The notes beneath the pieces are model-generated. The model was not told the origin of the DNA, did not search any database, and saw only the letters and a list, made by a program, of their open reading frames with translations. Below are positions 63,199-64,000 of a stretch of 64,000 nt of DNA, one piece after another. The stretch lies in assembly GCF_048259935.1 (NCBI RefSeq), contig NZ_JBLXHF010000008.1:25631-89630 (forward strand), read 5' to 3'. Within the stretch, counting starts at the first letter, position 1. The number at the start of each line of letters is the position of its first letter. A program made the translations under genes and the position numbers. The DNA is from Microbacterium sp. (GTDB lineage Bacteria > Actinomycetota > Actinomycetes > Actinomycetales > Microbacteriaceae).

Positions 63199-64000
63199 AT
63201 TCGTCCCGATCGCGCGAGTTGCCAGTAATGGCGTCCAAGCGGCGTGAGGCGGCATCCCGTGGAGTTCATTGCGGCGTAGTACAGGTGTTCTTCGTCGATC
63301 GGTTCGACCAGCCGACAGGCTCGCAGACGCTGGAATGCTTTCAGAATGGCTTCGTGTTCTGGGTGTCGCGGTTCGGCGGTGTCTTCATATGAAGGATCAA
63401 GTGGGTAGTCGTGGCCGGCTTCGGCGAACCAGATGGGGAGGTTGTGGAGATCTTCGAGGGGAACGCGGGGGTCGCACACTCTGATGTCGTGCAGCCGGTC
63501 GATGTTGGCTTTGAAGGTCGGGCGTTGCTCCCACGCTCCGAAAGACTCGGACAGGTAGGCGTAGAGCCCGGAGACGTTGACATGTCCGAGGACATCCGCG
63601 GCACCACCATCGAGAGCGCCTTCGAGGTAGGTGGAGAAGAGCCCTCTCCCTACCGGTGTTTCGGCGGAGGTCTGATCATTACGGCTGGCGGTCAGGACGG
63701 ACAATCCCGGACGGAGATTGGCCAACGCGGTCCCGAGAGCGCCGACGGTGGTCGCTCCGCCGGAGAAGCAGCAATCAAGGATGACGACGATCTCTTGGAC
63801 GGGTGATTCTGTGATGCGCTCGAGGACTTCGCTGAACTGCACGCCAGGGGTGTGTTCGGTGCCATCGCTGGTGACCAGCGCTACGTCACCGCGCACGGGA
63901 GCTCCGTGACCGGCGAAGTAGAAGAGCGCGAACTCCGCGCCTGGCGCTAGGGTCGCGTCAATCATGGGCAGCAACTCGTCACGGGTCACCCGGGTTGAGG
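63195..64000 (-). CDS. Caspase-like (peptidase C14 / orthocaspase) protease with a C-terminal extension of about 100 aa; 5' end lies beyond the window
   Basis: Catalytic dyad context: FALFYFAGHG and VVILDCCFSGG. A p10-like block follows: LTASRNDQTSAE...GLFSTYL...VSGLYAYL. The frame stays open to position 64000, so the GTG at 63989 used by the ORF track is probably internal. Confidence 0.8.
   Translation of the reverse strand, partial: STRVTRDELLPMIDATLAPGAEFALFYFAGHGAPVRGDVALVTSDGTEHTPGVQFSEVLERITESPVQEIVVILDCCFSGGATTVGALGTALANLRPGLSVLTASRNDQTSAETPVGRGLFSTYLEGALDGGAADVLGHVNVSGLYAYLSESFGAWEQRPTFKANIDRLHDIRVCDPRVPLEDLHNLPIWFAEAGHDYPLDPSYEDTAEPRHPEHEAILKAFQRLRACRLVEPIDEEHLYYAAMNSTGCRLTPLGRHYWQLARSGRI

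Larger units (their letters stand above)
41485..64000. mobile_element. Integrative conjugative element (T4SS/MobF type), one arm; it continues past the window end
   Basis: The att-like fragment at the left edge is followed only by IS elements, regulators, a full mating-pore/coupling-protein set, an SSB, a relaxase and cargo genes. No integrase or second att copy is present inside the window. Confidence 0.7.

Overview
High-GC actinobacterial chromosome segment; the gene order and codon style look Micrococcales/Microbacteriaceae-like, which is inference only. There are three parts. (1) 1-13 kb is accessory-looking. It holds a partial oleate hydratase and a 2,643-aa membrane-anchored protein with Ig-like and InlB-B-like repeats, whose stop overlaps the start of a lipoprotein gene. 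An IS3-family element sits upstream of the giant gene and cuts off the C-terminal HTH of a regulator. (2) 13-41.4 kb is a housekeeping backbone, almost all on the minus strand: tRNA-Gln, gltX, MFS, FAH-family, ilvE, leuB, an MFS/TetR pair, serA, ilvC-ilvN-ilvB-ilvD, otsB-otsA, MFS, thiolase plus CoA-transferase A/B plus IclR, a YbaK-like gene, tRNA-Lys and a HisN-like gene. It is interrupted at 16.9-18.2 kb by a DUF559/AbiEi-like gene bracketed by inverted copies of a nested-palindrome element of about 113 bp. (3) From 41.49 kb to the window end is one arm of an integrative conjugative element (ICE). It is bounded by a 24-nt tmRNA/tRNA-Ala-like 3' end fragment that still carries its own terminator. 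It contains an IS256-family element with a 9-bp target duplication, an IS3 remnant, a tightly overlapped T4SS-type transfer operon (M23 peptidase, VirB6-like, VirB4-like, ParA-like, VirD4-like, HNH, DUF4913-like, SSB), a MobF relaxase and a candidate oriT. Beyond the oriT lies a co-directional cargo cluster: a caspase-like protease (cut by the window edge), a SLOG/LOG-like protein, a 3-TM protein, an all-alpha protein with an Rx6H motif, and two coupled micro-ORFs. I consider this cluster the best candidate for an undescribed conflict (defence or anti-defence) system. All family calls come from motif recognition by eye; no database search, HMM search or composition statistic was run. Start codons that differ from the ORF track are my inference from RBS and N-terminal features.
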